In this document: piece after piece, positions 45,903 through 56,159 of the stretch
How the letters are laid out: every line of letters starts with the position of its first letter
Numbering within the stretch: position 1 is the stretch's first letter
Source: Pseudomonadota bacterium
GTDB taxonomy: Bacteria > Pseudomonadota > Gammaproteobacteria > Burkholderiales > JABEVD01
DNA: 64,000 nt
Direction of reading: 5' to 3'
Assembly (NCBI GenBank): GCA_021848825.1
Contig: JAJZTQ010000005.1
Span: 13,897-77,896, forward strand
The notes under the pieces: generated by a model
Seen by the model: the letters and a program-made list of their open reading frames with translations, nothing else
Told to the model about the DNA's origin: nothing
Databases searched by the model: none
Made by a program: the position numbers and the translations under genes

Positions 45903-46964
45903 TCATCCCGAGTGCCGGTCAAGCGCCCACGCGACATGCTCCCTGACCAGCCCGGATTCATGGTCAAGCCCTTTTTTCAATGCAGAAACAACAGCTTCTG
46001 AAGATTCTGAATTGCCGAGTGCGACAGCGATATTCCTGAGCCAGCGCTCATGCCCTATCCTTCTGATCGCTGAACCCGCCAGCCTCGAATCGAATTCCTC
46101 TTTCGACCATGAAAAAAGCGTGACGAGTTCCGCTTTTTCTAGGCCGTTTCTGGCTGCAAAATCAGGTTCGAGGGCGATCTTCGAGAACCTGTTCCAGGGG
46201 CAGACGAGCTGGCAATCGTCGCAACCGTATATCCTGTTCCCCATCGCCTCCCTGTATTCGAGCGGAATGGGTCCAGGGTGCTCTATCGTCAGATAGGAAA
46301 TGCAGCGCCTCGCATCCAGCACATAGGGCTCGACGATCGCTTGCGTCGGGCAGATGTCGATGCACTTCGTGCAGCTTCCGCAATGATCCGGAACAGGATC
46401 GCCCGCCCGCAGGGGCAGGTTCGTGAAGATTTCCCCAAGGAAAAAATAGGAGCCCTGCTTCGTGAGCAGCAGGGTGTGCTTGCCCCGCCAGCCCATTCCG
46501 GACTTCCTGGCCGCCTCGACCTCCAGCACGGGCGCGGAGTCGACAAAAACCCTGCCATTGCCGCCGTATTCCGCCTCCATCCTGTCCAGCAGCGATTGCA
46601 GCTTCCTTCTCATGACCTTGTGATAATCGCGCCCAAGCGCGTATCTCGAAACATAGGCCTTTCCCCTGTTTTCGAGGATTTCAAGGGCACCCGAGAAATG
46701 CGGGGAGCAATAGCTCATGGCCAGCGTTATCACGCTCACCGTGCCAGGGTGGAGTTCGGCAGGCTTCGAGCGCAAAGCCGCGTGTTTTGCCATATAATTC
46801 ATTTCACCGTGAAAACCTTTTTCAAGCCATTTTGCAAGACGAGCGCCGGCCTCCTCGAACCCTGTTCCGCTGATGCCCAGCACGGAAAAGCCGAGCTCTT
46901 CTGCCCATTGCCTGATTTTTTGCTCGACAACGCGTGAATCGAATTGCATGACATAAGCCTTCAT
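45903..46964 (-). CDS. queG: Epoxyqueuosine reductase
   Basis: Fe-S motifs 'CGSCTKCIDICPTQA' and 'CDDCQLVCPWN'; 'RRCISYLTIEH' also matches. An alternative start is ATG 46949 (MQFDS...). Confidence 0.9.
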   Translation of the reverse strand: MKAYVMQFDSRVVEQKIRQWAEELGFSVLGISGTGFEEAGARLAKWLEKGFHGEMNYMAKHAALRSKPAELHPGTVSVITLAMSYCSPHFSGALEILENRGKAYVSRYALGRDYHKVMRRKLQSLLDRMEAEYGGNGRVFVDSAPVLEVEAARKSGMGWRGKHTLLLTKQGSYFFLGEIFTNLPLRAGDPVPDHCGSCTKCIDICPTQAIVEPYVLDARRCISYLTIEHPGPIPLEYREAMGNRIYGCDDCQLVCPWNRFSKIALEPDFAARNGLEKAELVTLFSWSKEEFDSRLAGSAIRRIGHERWLRNIAVALGNSESSEAVVSALKKGLDHESGLVREHVAWALDRHSG

Positions 46965-47408
46965 CTAAAGGACGAGAAGGAGACCCTCTCCCTCGGAAAG
47001 AAAATCGCCAGAATTCTGCACCCAGGCCTTGTCATCTATCTGCAAGGGGATCTCGGCGCGGGAAAAACGGCGCTGGTCAGGAGCATGCTCAAGGCAATGG
47101 GTCACAAGGACAAGGTGAAAAGCCCGACCTACACGCTTGTTGAACTTTACACGATTTCTAGGCTAAACTTATATCATTTTGATTTGTATCGTTTCGATAG
47201 CCCGGAAGAATGGAACGACTCGGGCTTCCGGGAGTATTTCAATCCCGAATCGATCTGCTTCGTCGAATGGCCGGAAAAAGGCGGGAGACTGCTTCCGGAA
47301 CCGGATATCAGGATATCGCTAGGGATCGAAGGAGAAGGAAGACATGTCGATATCGATGCAATCTCGGAGGCAGGCAGGCAATGCTTGAAGCGCTTTGGAA
47401 ATACCTGA
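46944..47408 (+). CDS. tsaE: tRNA t6A37 biosynthesis ATPase TsaE
   Basis: 154 aa. TTG is the only in-frame start candidate. P-loop 'LQGDLGAGKTALVRSMLKAMG'; 'SPTYTLVELY', 'HFDLYR'. Confidence 0.88.
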   Translation: MHDISLHLKDEKETLSLGKKIARILHPGLVIYLQGDLGAGKTALVRSMLKAMGHKDKVKSPTYTLVELYTISRLNLYHFDLYRFDSPEEWNDSGFREYFNPESICFVEWPEKGGRLLPEPDIRISLGIEGEGRHVDIDAISEAGRQCLKRFGNT

Positions 47409-48574
47409 TGCTGTTTTCAGCCATGCTCCTCCTTGCGCCAAGATCATACGGCTCGGACATCGATTCGGCCAGGATATGGCCCGCCGAAGACTATACCCGC
47501 CTCACGCTCGAATCCAAGAAACCCCTGCAGCAGAAGCTGCTGCTCGTCGAGCATCCGGACAGGCTGGTTCTCGACATCGAAGGCGTGGAAATGAACGCCG
47601 CACTGAAGGAACTGCCTTCCAAGGTCGGCCAGGACGATCCCTATATCAAGTCGATCAGGCTTGGCAGATACAAGCCCGGCGTGATCAGGATCGTGCTCGA
47701 TCTCAAGACCAAGGTTTCCCCACAGATTTTTTCGCTGAAACCGATCGCCGATTATGAAAACAGGCTGGTGCTCGACATTTATCCGAGCCAGGATGCCATG
47801 ATGAAACTGCTCTCTACCAATCCCAAGCCGGAAGCACCGAAACGCGATACGGCAAGGCGCCCCATCGTCATCGCAGTGGACGCGGGTCATGGCGGCGAAG
47901 ACCCGGGCGCACATGGCCTTCATGGCTCCCTGGAAAAGAACGTCACGCTCGCCATTGCAAAAAGGCTGAAAAGCCTGATCGACGACGATCCGGACATGCA
48001 TGCCGTATTGACCCGTGACGGCGACTATTTCATTCCGCTCCACGGCAGGGTCGTGAAGGCAAGGCGGGCAAAGGCCGATCTCTTCGTATCGATCCATGCG
48101 GATGCTTCCCCGAGCCGCGATGCAAGGGGATCTTCCGTCTTTGCGCTTTCGGAGCGCGGCGCGACCTCGGTTGCGGCGAGATGGCTCGCCAAGCGGGAGA
48201 ACGAGTCCGACCTGATAGGGGGAGTGGATCTTTCGGTGAAGGATCCCTATCTCGCCAAGACGCTCCTCGACCTTTCCCAGACCGCATCCATCAACGACAG
48301 CCTGAGACTCGGAAAGGACGTGCTCAGGGAGCTGCACGCCTTCAATCCGCTCCACAGCGGCATGGTCGAACAGGCCGGATTCGCCGTTCTGAAGGCGCCT
48401 GACATCCCGTCCATCCTTGTCGAGACCGCATTCATCAGCAATCCCGATGAGGAAAGAAGACTTGACGATCCCGATTATCAGAAAAAAATCGCGGAAGCCA
48501 TCTTCGAAGGCATCAAGCACTATTTTTCGCAAAATCCCGCGCTCGCACGGCCCAATCTGGTCATGAATCAATGA
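47381..48574 (+). CDS. amiC: N-acetylmuramoyl-L-alanine amidase (AmiB/AmiC type, with AMIN domain)
   Basis: ATG 47381 follows a GGAGG RBS; the ORF opens at 47210 inside tsaE. It has a signal peptide, an AMIN segment 'RIWPAEDYTRLTLES', and an Amidase_3 domain ('VIAVDAGHGGEDPGA', 'LFVSIHADA'). Confidence 0.88.
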   Translation: MLEALWKYLMLFSAMLLLAPRSYGSDIDSARIWPAEDYTRLTLESKKPLQQKLLLVEHPDRLVLDIEGVEMNAALKELPSKVGQDDPYIKSIRLGRYKPGVIRIVLDLKTKVSPQIFSLKPIADYENRLVLDIYPSQDAMMKLLSTNPKPEAPKRDTARRPIVIAVDAGHGGEDPGAHGLHGSLEKNVTLAIAKRLKSLIDDDPDMHAVLTRDGDYFIPLHGRVVKARRAKADLFVSIHADASPSRDARGSSVFALSERGATSVAARWLAKRENESDLIGGVDLSVKDPYLAKTLLDLSQTASINDSLRLGKDVLRELHAFNPLHSGMVEQAGFAVLKAPDIPSILVETAFISNPDEERRLDDPDYQKKIAEAIFEGIKHYFSQNPALARPNLVMNQ

Positions 48575-49188
48575 TAAGAACGCTTCTCGTCGCCAATCCG
48601 AAAGGAGGAAGCGGCAAAACCACGCTCGCAACCCATGTCGCCAGCTACCTTGCAAACAGCAACGAAAGGGTGGTGCTTTGGGATCTGGACAGACAGCGCT
48701 CTGCGCTCAAGTGGCTCGATATCCGGGGGGAGGAGCTGCCCAGAATTCTCCCCTTCAACTCGGGGGAAGACGAAAGGCTTTCCGGGATAAACTGGCTGAT
48801 ACTGGATTCCCCGGCAGGATTGCACGGGAAGAGCCTGACCAGGCTCCTGAAGCTCGCGAACAAGGTGCTCGTCCCTGTCCAGCCTTCTCTTTTCGATCTG
48901 GATGCGACCAGGGACTTCCTGCATACCTTGTCTGATGCGAAAGCGGTCAGGAAGCAGAATACCTATGTCGGCATGGTCGGCATGAGAGTCGACCCGAGGA
49001 CGCGCGCATCAACTCACCTCGAATCCTTCCTCGGCGAATTCGACCTGCCGGTGCTTACCTATCTCAGGAACACCCAGGTTTACGTCAATGCAGCATTCGA
49101 GGGGAGCAGCATCTTCGACATGCCCGCAAACCTGGTCAAGCGGGATCTCGAACAGTGGGAGCCGCTCCTGGAATGGATCAGGCAGTGA
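48571..49188 (+). CDS. Orphan ParA/MinD-family P-loop ATPase
   Basis: 205 aa. Deviant Walker A '[15 protein letters not shown]'. ATGA overlap with the amidase gene stop. Confidence 0.75.
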   Translation: MIRTLLVANPKGGSGKTTLATHVASYLANSNERVVLWDLDRQRSALKWLDIRGEELPRILPFNSGEDERLSGINWLILDSPAGLHGKSLTRLLKLANKVLVPVQPSLFDLDATRDFLHTLSDAKAVRKQNTYVGMVGMRVDPRTRASTHLESFLGEFDLPVLTYLRNTQVYVNAAFEGSSIFDMPANLVKRDLEQWEPLLEWIRQ

Positions 49189-49738
49189 CGCGCTTCCTGA
49201 ACTCGCCGGTCCTGGTGTCGATCTCGATCTTGTCGCCTATCTCGCAGAATGCCGCAACAGGCAACTCCCATCCCGTGGTGATCTTGGCAGGCTTCATCAC
49301 CTTGCCGGACGTGTCGCCCCTCACTGCAGGCTCGGTATAGACGATCTCGCGGACCACGCTGTTGGGCAATTCGATTGAAATGGGCTTGTCGTTGTAGAAA
49401 ACGACTTCGCAGGGCATGCCTTCTTCCATGTAGTTGAGGGCATCCCCGAGGTTGTCCTTTTCAACTTCGTGCTGGTTGTATTCCTCGTCCATGAAGACGT
49501 ACATCGGATCGGCAAAATAGGAATACGTGCATTCCTTCCGATCGAGCACCACCACGTCGAACTTGTCGTCCGCCCTGTAGATCGCCTCGCTCGGCGAATC
49601 CGTCAGCAGATTCTTGAATTTCATCTTGACGACGGATGCATTGCGTCCCGACTTGGAAAATTCCGCTTTCTGGACGACAAGCGGCTGATCGCCGACCATG
49701 ATCACGTTGCCTGCGCGTACTTCCTGTGCTGTTTTCAT
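49178..49738 (-). CDS. efp: Elongation factor P, EarP-type (Arg32 acceptor loop)
   Basis: 186 aa. The loop 'FSKSGR(32)NASVVKMK' has Arg at position 32 rather than the Lys34 of EpmA-type EF-P. Confidence 0.95.
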   Translation of the reverse strand: MKTAQEVRAGNVIMVGDQPLVVQKAEFSKSGRNASVVKMKFKNLLTDSPSEAIYRADDKFDVVVLDRKECTYSYFADPMYVFMDEEYNQHEVEKDNLGDALNYMEEGMPCEVVFYNDKPISIELPNSVVREIVYTEPAVRGDTSGKVMKPAKITTGWELPVAAFCEIGDKIEIDTRTGEFRKRVTA

Positions 49739-49774
49739 GCTTCCCTAGACCCGAAAATTTCTAAACTGTTTATT

Positions 49775-50833
49775 TTAACCCGCCCTCTGTGAAAAATCCA
49801 CAAGGTTTCTGGCCAGATTGTATCGCGATATTTCATTCGCCCAATTCCTGTCGTGCATTTCAATGACATGCCTAGCGTCCAGGAATGCGTCCCAGCATCG
49901 CCGAACATTCCCCTTGCCGTTCCAGGCGCCGAACATGCCCCTGACCGCATCTTGCGCGGAGCCATCCAGACCACTGCAGTAAAGCGAAAGGAAGGCCTCG
50001 AGCTTTTTCACGTGCGCTTCCTCTTCCTGGGGATAGATCTGCCAGACGAAGGGCTTCAGCGCCCATTGTCCCCTGACGAACGAATCCTCCCCCCTGACGA
50101 AATTGATGTCGCATGCCCATAGCAGGTGATCGTATTCTTCCTGAGAAACGAAGGGGATCACCCGCACTTCGAGATTTTTTTTCGAAAAGGATCCGACTCT
50201 TGATGCAATCTTGCCTTCCGGGAGCAGGCAGAGAATTCTTTCATTTCCATTCTCCCAGGCCGAAAAGAGAGATTGAAGCGCCTTGTTTTCGTAGCAGAAA
50301 AGCGAAATCTTTAGGCTCTCTTCAGGGTCGATATCGCGCTTCGCCCAGAATGCGCTTCTGTCGAATGCATCCCGCTCCTTGAAAAGATCCCGCTCCAGCA
50401 TCAATCCGCCCGTCTCCCCGACGAATCCCGGGAAGAAGAAATATTTTGTCAGAGGCGGCCTGGGGGATGGCATGAGGTGGCAATCCTTCACCCATTCTTC
50501 GGCGCTCAAATATTCGAGGTTGATCCAGACGGGTTTTTTTTCCTTCATTCTTTCGACGAAATTCTCGGGAAGCTGGCAGCCGAAAGACTCGATCACGACG
50601 TCATGAGGCGAGACATCGGGAAAGGGGGAAATCCATTGCCTCACTTCCACCCCTTTCGAATGCTGAACCTGAACGATTTCCGCTTCCGGATTGATGCGCA
50701 GAAAGCTTTGCAGATCGTCCACCCAGAGCCTGACATGCTGACCATGTTCGTTCGCCAGCTGACGAGCAAGCCGCCAGGAGACGCCGATGTCGCCGTAATT
50801 GTCGATGACGTTGCAGAAGATGTCCCAGCTCAT
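49775..50833 (-). CDS. earP: EF-P arginine-32 rhamnosyltransferase
   Basis: ATG 50833 gives 'MSWDIFCNVIDNYGDIGVSWRLARQL', the characteristic EarP (DUF2331) N-terminus. It is adjacent to an Arg32-type efp. The ORF opens at 50962. Confidence 0.88.
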   Translation of the reverse strand: MSWDIFCNVIDNYGDIGVSWRLARQLANEHGQHVRLWVDDLQSFLRINPEAEIVQVQHSKGVEVRQWISPFPDVSPHDVVIESFGCQLPENFVERMKEKKPVWINLEYLSAEEWVKDCHLMPSPRPPLTKYFFFPGFVGETGGLMLERDLFKERDAFDRSAFWAKRDIDPEESLKISLFCYENKALQSLFSAWENGNERILCLLPEGKIASRVGSFSKKNLEVRVIPFVSQEEYDHLLWACDINFVRGEDSFVRGQWALKPFVWQIYPQEEEAHVKKLEAFLSLYCSGLDGSAQDAVRGMFGAWNGKGNVRRCWDAFLDARHVIEMHDRNWANEISRYNLARNLVDFSQRAG

Positions 50834-51417
50834 TCCCTGGCGCCCAGTTCCTCCCTCAGCTTCTCGATCGAACCCTGGTAGCCTTCCGCATCGCCGAAAT
50901 CGACAAAGCGCCTGTACCTTGAATGGGGCCCGAGGAGTCGGGTCGCATGCTTGATCGGGCACCAGTACTGCTCCGTCCTTCCCGCTATTTCCCTGACATA
51001 ACTGAGGAGCCCGTTGCCGTAGGAGCAGTAGGCGCAGTTGAGCTTCTCGATGATGTTGAGATAGGCGAGATTATGCCTGTCGAAGACGAGGTAATCGGCG
51101 CGCCTGACTTTCGGTATGCCGAACACGGGGAAGCAGACGAACTGGTAGAAGGTGACGAAAAGATCGAGCAGGAGAAAAGGCAGTATCAAGGAATAGACAA
51201 CGGGTGCGACGAGGATATGCTTCAGGCGGGCCTGGGCGAAGTAGGAAAGAAGCGAAGTCTTGAGCTTCCTGTGCTCCTCCAGCATGCCCTTCTCGAAGCG
51301 CACCTTCCTGTTCTCTATGGAGAACTTCAGCTCTTCGCGCTTTTTCGACAGCTCTGCCTCGAGCTCCTCCTCAGCCGACTTGATTCTCTCGATGATATTG
51401 CTGATATTCCGGTCCAT
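50830..51417 (-). CDS. Conserved-looking hypothetical membrane protein (N-terminal coiled coil, TM hairpin, C-terminal CxxC...CPxxH domain)
   Basis: 195 aa. The N-terminus 'ERIKSAEEELEAELSKKREELK' is charged. Hydrophobic segment 'ILVAPVVYSLILPFLLLDLFVTFYQFVCFPVFGI'. C-terminal domain 'LNCAYCSYGNG...RTEQYWCPIKH'. ATGA overlap with the earP start. Confidence 0.6.
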   Translation of the reverse strand: MDRNISNIIERIKSAEEELEAELSKKREELKFSIENRKVRFEKGMLEEHRKLKTSLLSYFAQARLKHILVAPVVYSLILPFLLLDLFVTFYQFVCFPVFGIPKVRRADYLVFDRHNLAYLNIIEKLNCAYCSYGNGLLSYVREIAGRTEQYWCPIKHATRLLGPHSRYRRFVDFGDAEGYQGSIEKLREELGARE

Positions 51418-51461
51418 TTCAGCCCCTTTTTGCGATGAAACATAAAGGTAGCACAGGAAGA

Positions 51462-52853
51462 TCAGAGCGCCTTGACCATTTCCTCCACCACCTTCTTCGC
51501 GTCGCCGAAGACCATCATGGTTTTTTCCATGTAGAAGAGATCGTTGTCGAGACCCGAGTAGCCTGCAGCCATGCTGCGCTTCACGACGATGATGGTCCTC
51601 GCCTTGTAGGCTTCGAGTATCGGCATGCCGTAGATCGGGCTTCCCGGATTGTTTTTCGCAGCAGGATTCACCACGTCGTTTGCCCCTATCACGAGCACCA
51701 CGTCTGTGTCGGAAAATTCGCTGTTGATCTCGTCCATCTCCAGCACCTGTTCATAAGGCACTTCGGCTTCGGCAAGCAGCACGTTCATGTGCCCGGGCAT
51801 CCTGCCTGCGACAGGATGGATGGCATAGCGCACCTTGATGCCCTTTTCGGTCAGGATATGGGTCATTTCCTGCATTGCATGCTGGGCGCGCGCGACAGCC
51901 AAACCGTATCCCGGGACGATGACGACGCTCTCCGCGTTTTCCATGATGTAGGCTGCGTCCTCCGGGCTTCCGCTTCTCACGCTCTTTTGCGCGCCGCCTC
52001 CCGCCTGCTCCTCGACAGGCGCCCCCCCGAATCCGCCCAGCATGACATTGATGAAGGAGCGGTTCATCGCCTTGCACATGATGTAGGACAGGATCGCGCC
52101 CGAGCTCCCGACAAGCGAACCGGCGATGATCAGCATGTTGTTGTTGAGGGTGAAGCCGATTCCGGCTGCAGCCCAGCCCGAATACGAATTCAGCATGGAA
52201 ACCACGACAGGCATGTCCGCCCCGCCTATCGGGATGATCAGCAATATGCCGAGAAGGAGCGCGATCGCCGTCATGACGATGAAGGGCGTCCAGCTCTGGG
52301 TGAAGAAGAAAGTGACCCCGAAGCCTATCATGGCGATGGCCATCGCAAGATTGAGCCAGTGCTGGCCAGGAAACGAAACAGGCGCGCTCCTGATCTTTCC
52401 GGAGAGCTTGCCGAAGGCGATGACGGAGCCCGTGAAGGTGATGGCGCCGACGAATGTGCCGATGAAGAGCTCGATCAGGCTCTCTGAATGGAGCGTCCCG
52501 TCCGGACCCGCGATGCCATAGGCGACCGGATTGTTGAGCGCGGATACGGCGATGAAGACGGCCGAAAGACCCACCAGCGAATGCATCGCCGCAACGAGCT
52601 CGGGCATCGCCGTCATCTCTATCTTCCTCGCGATCGTTCCCCCTATCGATCCGCCGACCAGGATGCAGGCCAGGATCAACGCGTAGTTGTGGGTCAGCGA
52701 AAGCGTCGTCAGCACCGCGATGACCATGCCGGTGATGCCGAAAAGATTCCCTCGCCTTGCCGAAACAGGCGATGAAAGCCCCTTCAGTGACAGGATGAAG
52801 AGGACTGCAGCCAGAAGATAGGCGAGTGCGACCTGATTTGCTGACATGTTCAC
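51462..52853 (-). CDS. pntB: NAD(P) transhydrogenase beta subunit
   Basis: 463 aa. A polytopic N-terminal domain and a C-terminal NADP(H)-binding domain ('[16 protein letters not shown]', '[19 protein letters not shown]'). Confidence 0.95.
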   Translation of the reverse strand: MNMSANQVALAYLLAAVLFILSLKGLSSPVSARRGNLFGITGMVIAVLTTLSLTHNYALILACILVGGSIGGTIARKIEMTAMPELVAAMHSLVGLSAVFIAVSALNNPVAYGIAGPDGTLHSESLIELFIGTFVGAITFTGSVIAFGKLSGKIRSAPVSFPGQHWLNLAMAIAMIGFGVTFFFTQSWTPFIVMTAIALLLGILLIIPIGGADMPVVVSMLNSYSGWAAAGIGFTLNNNMLIIAGSLVGSSGAILSYIMCKAMNRSFINVMLGGFGGAPVEEQAGGGAQKSVRSGSPEDAAYIMENAESVVIVPGYGLAVARAQHAMQEMTHILTEKGIKVRYAIHPVAGRMPGHMNVLLAEAEVPYEQVLEMDEINSEFSDTDVVLVIGANDVVNPAAKNNPGSPIYGMPILEAYKARTIIVVKRSMAAGYSGLDNDLFYMEKTMMVFGDAKKVVEEMVKAL

Positions 52854-53140
52854 CTCTTCTTTTTCTTGAACATTTCGAGCATCCTCCGGGTCACGAGGAA
52901 GCCGCCGAAAACGTTGATGCTGGCAAGGGTCACTGCGAGTGCCCCGACTGCCGTGCCGAAATCGATCTTTGAAGGGCCGGCCGCGAGCATGGCGCCGACG
53001 ATGATGATGCCGCTGATCGCATTGGTCACAGCCATCAGGGGCGTGTGAAGCGCCGGGGTGACATTCCAGACGACATGATAGCCGACGAAAATCGCCAGCA
53101 CGAAGACAGTGAGATTGATGATGATTGGATCGACGCCCAT
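52850..53140 (-). CDS. pntAB: NAD(P) transhydrogenase alpha subunit, membrane part 2
   Basis: 96 aa, three TM helices. '[24 protein letters not shown]'. 4-nt overlap with pntB. Confidence 0.92.
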   Translation of the reverse strand: MGVDPIIINLTVFVLAIFVGYHVVWNVTPALHTPLMAVTNAISGIIIVGAMLAAGPSKIDFGTAVGALAVTLASINVFGGFLVTRRMLEMFKKKKR

Positions 53141-53150
53141 TTGCTTCTCC

Positions 53151-54260
53151 TTATTTGACCATTTCGCCGTTGATCGAAATCAGGGTGCCGGAAATGATTT
53201 CGTCCTCGCGGTTCAGCTTCAATTCGCCCGTTTTCTGATCGAAAAGCAGGTTGATGAAGTTCAGCATGTTCCGGGCATAGAGCGCGCTCGCATCGGCCGC
53301 CATCATGGCTGGAAGATTGGTATGGCCTATCAGGGTCACGCCATGCTTCTCGACTATCCTGTCCTTTTCCGAAAGCGGACAGTTTCCGCCGAATTCCACT
53401 GCCATGTCGACGACGACCGAACCATGCTTCATGGCCTTCACCGTTTCTTCCCTGAGCAGCACCGGCGCGGGTTTTCCGGGGATCAAGGCGGTCGTGATGA
53501 CGATGTCGGACTGGATCGCGCGGGCATGGATGAGTTCGGCCTGCCTTCTCTTGTAATCCTCCGACATTTCCTTGGCATAGCCGCCAGAAGTCTCCGCGCT
53601 CTCCCCCTCCTGCAGCGGCACTTCCACGAATTTCGCGCCGAGGCTCAGCACCTGCTCCTTGACTGCAGGACGGACATCGAATGCCTCTATCACGGCGCCC
53701 AGGCGTTTGGCCGTGGCGATCGCCTGCAAGCCTGCAACCCCCACCCCGAGGATCAGCACGCGTGCGGCCTTGACCGTTCCCGCCGCGGTCATCAGCATCG
53801 GGAAGAATCGGCCGTATGCGTTCGCCGCAAGGATCACCGACTTGTATCCGCCTATGTTCGCCTGCGAGGAAAGCACGTCCATGCTCTGCGCCCGGCTTAT
53901 CCTGGGAATCGACTCCATGGCGAAGGCGGTCAGGCCGCTCTTTGCATAATTTTCCATTTTTTCCCGGTCATGGGGAGCGAGAAGCCCAACGATCATCGCG
54001 CCCTTTTTCGCCAATGGGAATTCCTGCTCTTCAAGCCCCCTGACCTTCAATACCATTTCCGAACCTGCATAGAGCGATTCGGCATCCGCGACGATTTTCG
54101 CGCCTGCAGCCTCGTATTCGGAATCCGTGATGTTCGCCCCGATTCCCGCTCCCGCCTGAACGGATACGGAATGGACCGCGGCCAGCTTCTTCACCGTCTC
54201 GGGCGTCGCCGCGACCCGCTTTTCCCCCGCCTTGATCTCGAGAGGGATGCCTATCTGCAT
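53151..54260 (-). CDS. pntAA: NAD(P) transhydrogenase alpha subunit, part 1 (NAD(H)-binding)
   Basis: 369 aa. '[26 protein letters not shown]'; Rossmann motif '[22 protein letters not shown]'. Confidence 0.95.
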   Translation of the reverse strand: MQIGIPLEIKAGEKRVAATPETVKKLAAVHSVSVQAGAGIGANITDSEYEAAGAKIVADAESLYAGSEMVLKVRGLEEQEFPLAKKGAMIVGLLAPHDREKMENYAKSGLTAFAMESIPRISRAQSMDVLSSQANIGGYKSVILAANAYGRFFPMLMTAAGTVKAARVLILGVGVAGLQAIATAKRLGAVIEAFDVRPAVKEQVLSLGAKFVEVPLQEGESAETSGGYAKEMSEDYKRRQAELIHARAIQSDIVITTALIPGKPAPVLLREETVKAMKHGSVVVDMAVEFGGNCPLSEKDRIVEKHGVTLIGHTNLPAMMAADASALYARNMLNFINLLFDQKTGELKLNREDEIISGTLISINGEMVK

Positions 54261-54294
54261 TTCGATTCTCCAAACCCGACAAAATTCCTAGATT

Positions 54295-54765
54295 TTAACC
54301 CGGAATAGCCGCTTTTCCAAAACCGCATTTCAAGCCGATGAAATCCTTGAGAAAACACCAGGCATGCTCGAGATTGCTTGCAGCCTCGATGCTCAATGGC
54401 TCCCCGAGGCGGAAGGATTGTCCTTTCACGCCAAGAAGATAGGATTTCGGAGGATTCCTTTTCATGACATCTCTGTAAATTCCGAGAAGCGCTTCAGGCG
54501 CAAGGATATGGGTGCTGTGGGCGAATTCGATTTTCGGAAAGATTTCCTTCATCTCGAAAGGGCCCCCGACATTCACGGAAGCGTCGACGAAAAAGGCGCA
54601 ATCCCGCCCTTCCAGTTCAAGGGCATGCTCTATTCCGAGCTGAAATTCGAAATACAGATCGAAATTCCCCGGGATGCGCTCGAGCCGCTCGAAAAGAACA
54701 GCCCCTATTGCATCGTCTCCTCTTGCAGGATTGCCGAGGCAAAAGATCACGATTTCAGGCTGCAT
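54295..54765 (-). CDS. hoxW: [NiFe] hydrogenase maturation endopeptidase
   Basis: ATG 54765 gives 'MQPEIVIFCLGNPARGDDAIGAVL' (HycI/HoxW family motif). The ORF opens at 54936 inside hoxH. 19-nt overlap with the hoxH 3' end. Confidence 0.85.
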   Translation of the reverse strand: MQPEIVIFCLGNPARGDDAIGAVLFERLERIPGNFDLYFEFQLGIEHALELEGRDCAFFVDASVNVGGPFEMKEIFPKIEFAHSTHILAPEALLGIYRDVMKRNPPKSYLLGVKGQSFRLGEPLSIEAASNLEHAWCFLKDFIGLKCGFGKAAIPG

Positions 54766-56159
54766 GCGACATTCCCCTCGCAATCGACGATTTCGACAAG
54801 AAGCGGCATCTTCCCCACTGCATGGGTCGCGCATGAAAGGCAGGGGTCGAAAGCCCTGATCGCGACCTCTATGCCGTTGAGCATGCCTTCCGTGATTTCC
54901 GTTTTGCCCTCGACATGACGCTTTGCTGCCTCGCAAACGGCTTCGTTCATCGCCCGGTTGTTGTGGGTGGTGGATACGATCAGGTTGGCCATCTCGACGA
55001 GCCCCTCTTCGTTCACGCGGTAATGATGGATGAGCGTGCCGCGCGGCGCCTCGATCACCCCCACTCCTTCCCGCCCCTGTTCGGTATCGACCCTGAGATC
55101 ATTTCCGGTGATATCAGGGTCATGGAGCATTCCTCTTATTTTCTCAGCGCAGTGCAGGAGCTCGATCATCCTCGCCCAGTGATAGGCGAGCGGGGCATGA
55201 ACGGGTTTTCCGCCTGAAATGAATTCCCTTCTCTTCTCCTCTGCAAGCTCAGTCCCGAGAAAATCGCAATTGTTGATTCTTGCCAGGGGACCCACCCTGT
55301 ACCAGCCTTGCTCTTTACCTAGCATGAGAAGATAAGGGAATTTCATGTAGCTCCATGATTTCACTTCTTCCCTGATGTATTCGGCATAATGCGAATCATC
55401 GACCCCGTCGAAGACGAAATCGCCCTCCCCGTCCCTGCAGCGCAGGTGACCGTCGTAGAGCTCGTGTTCCCCGTTTTTTCCGGCAAGCGAAAGGAAGGGG
55501 GAATACAAGCTCGACGAAGCATATTCGGGGTTCGAGAGATAGATTTCTTTTGCGAGATTCGCTGCGCCATCCGCCCAGCCGATGATCTCGTCGATATCCT
55601 TCAGAAGGAAATCCCTTTCGGCCGCGGACAAGGCCTTGTTCATGCCGCCTGCAATGGCAGCCGTGCCATGTATGCGCTTTCCCATGATGGCATGGATCAC
55701 TTCCTGTCCGTATTTCCTGAGTCTGATGCCTCTGATGGCAAGTTCCGGGTAATCCTTCAGCAACCCCATGATGTTTCTTCGCGTCATATCGGAATCGAAA
55801 CCGAAAAGAAGATCAGGAGAAGCAAGGTGGAAGAAATGAAGTGCATGGGACTGCAATACCTGGCCGTAATGAAGCAGCCTCCTCAGTTTTTCCGCAGCAG
55901 GCGTGAGCATTTTGACGCCCATGATTTGATCCATCGCCTTGGCGGAGGCGAGATGATGGCTCACCGGGCATATTCCACAAAGCCTCTGGACCAGAACAGG
56001 CACTTCCCAGTAAGGACGGCCCTGTATGAACTTTTCGAATCCCCTGAATTCGACGATATGCAGCCTCGCCTCGATGATCTTCAGGTTTTCGTCGAGATGA
56101 AGGGTCACCTTGCCGTGCCCTTCGACTCGGGACAGGGGATCGATGACGATTCTAGTCAT
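54747..56159 (-). CDS. hoxH: NAD-linked bidirectional [NiFe] hydrogenase large subunit (group 3d type)
   Basis: 470 aa. 'RVEGHGKV' and 'RLCGICPVSH' are the N-terminal CxxC ligands. C-terminus 'DPCLSCATH' followed by a cleavable extension 'AVGKMPLLVEIV...'. Confidence 0.93.
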   Translation of the reverse strand: MTRIVIDPLSRVEGHGKVTLHLDENLKIIEARLHIVEFRGFEKFIQGRPYWEVPVLVQRLCGICPVSHHLASAKAMDQIMGVKMLTPAAEKLRRLLHYGQVLQSHALHFFHLASPDLLFGFDSDMTRRNIMGLLKDYPELAIRGIRLRKYGQEVIHAIMGKRIHGTAAIAGGMNKALSAAERDFLLKDIDEIIGWADGAANLAKEIYLSNPEYASSSLYSPFLSLAGKNGEHELYDGHLRCRDGEGDFVFDGVDDSHYAEYIREEVKSWSYMKFPYLLMLGKEQGWYRVGPLARINNCDFLGTELAEEKRREFISGGKPVHAPLAYHWARMIELLHCAEKIRGMLHDPDITGNDLRVDTEQGREGVGVIEAPRGTLIHHYRVNEEGLVEMANLIVSTTHNNRAMNEAVCEAAKRHVEGKTEITEGMLNGIEVAIRAFDPCLSCATHAVGKMPLLVEIVDCEGNVACSLKS

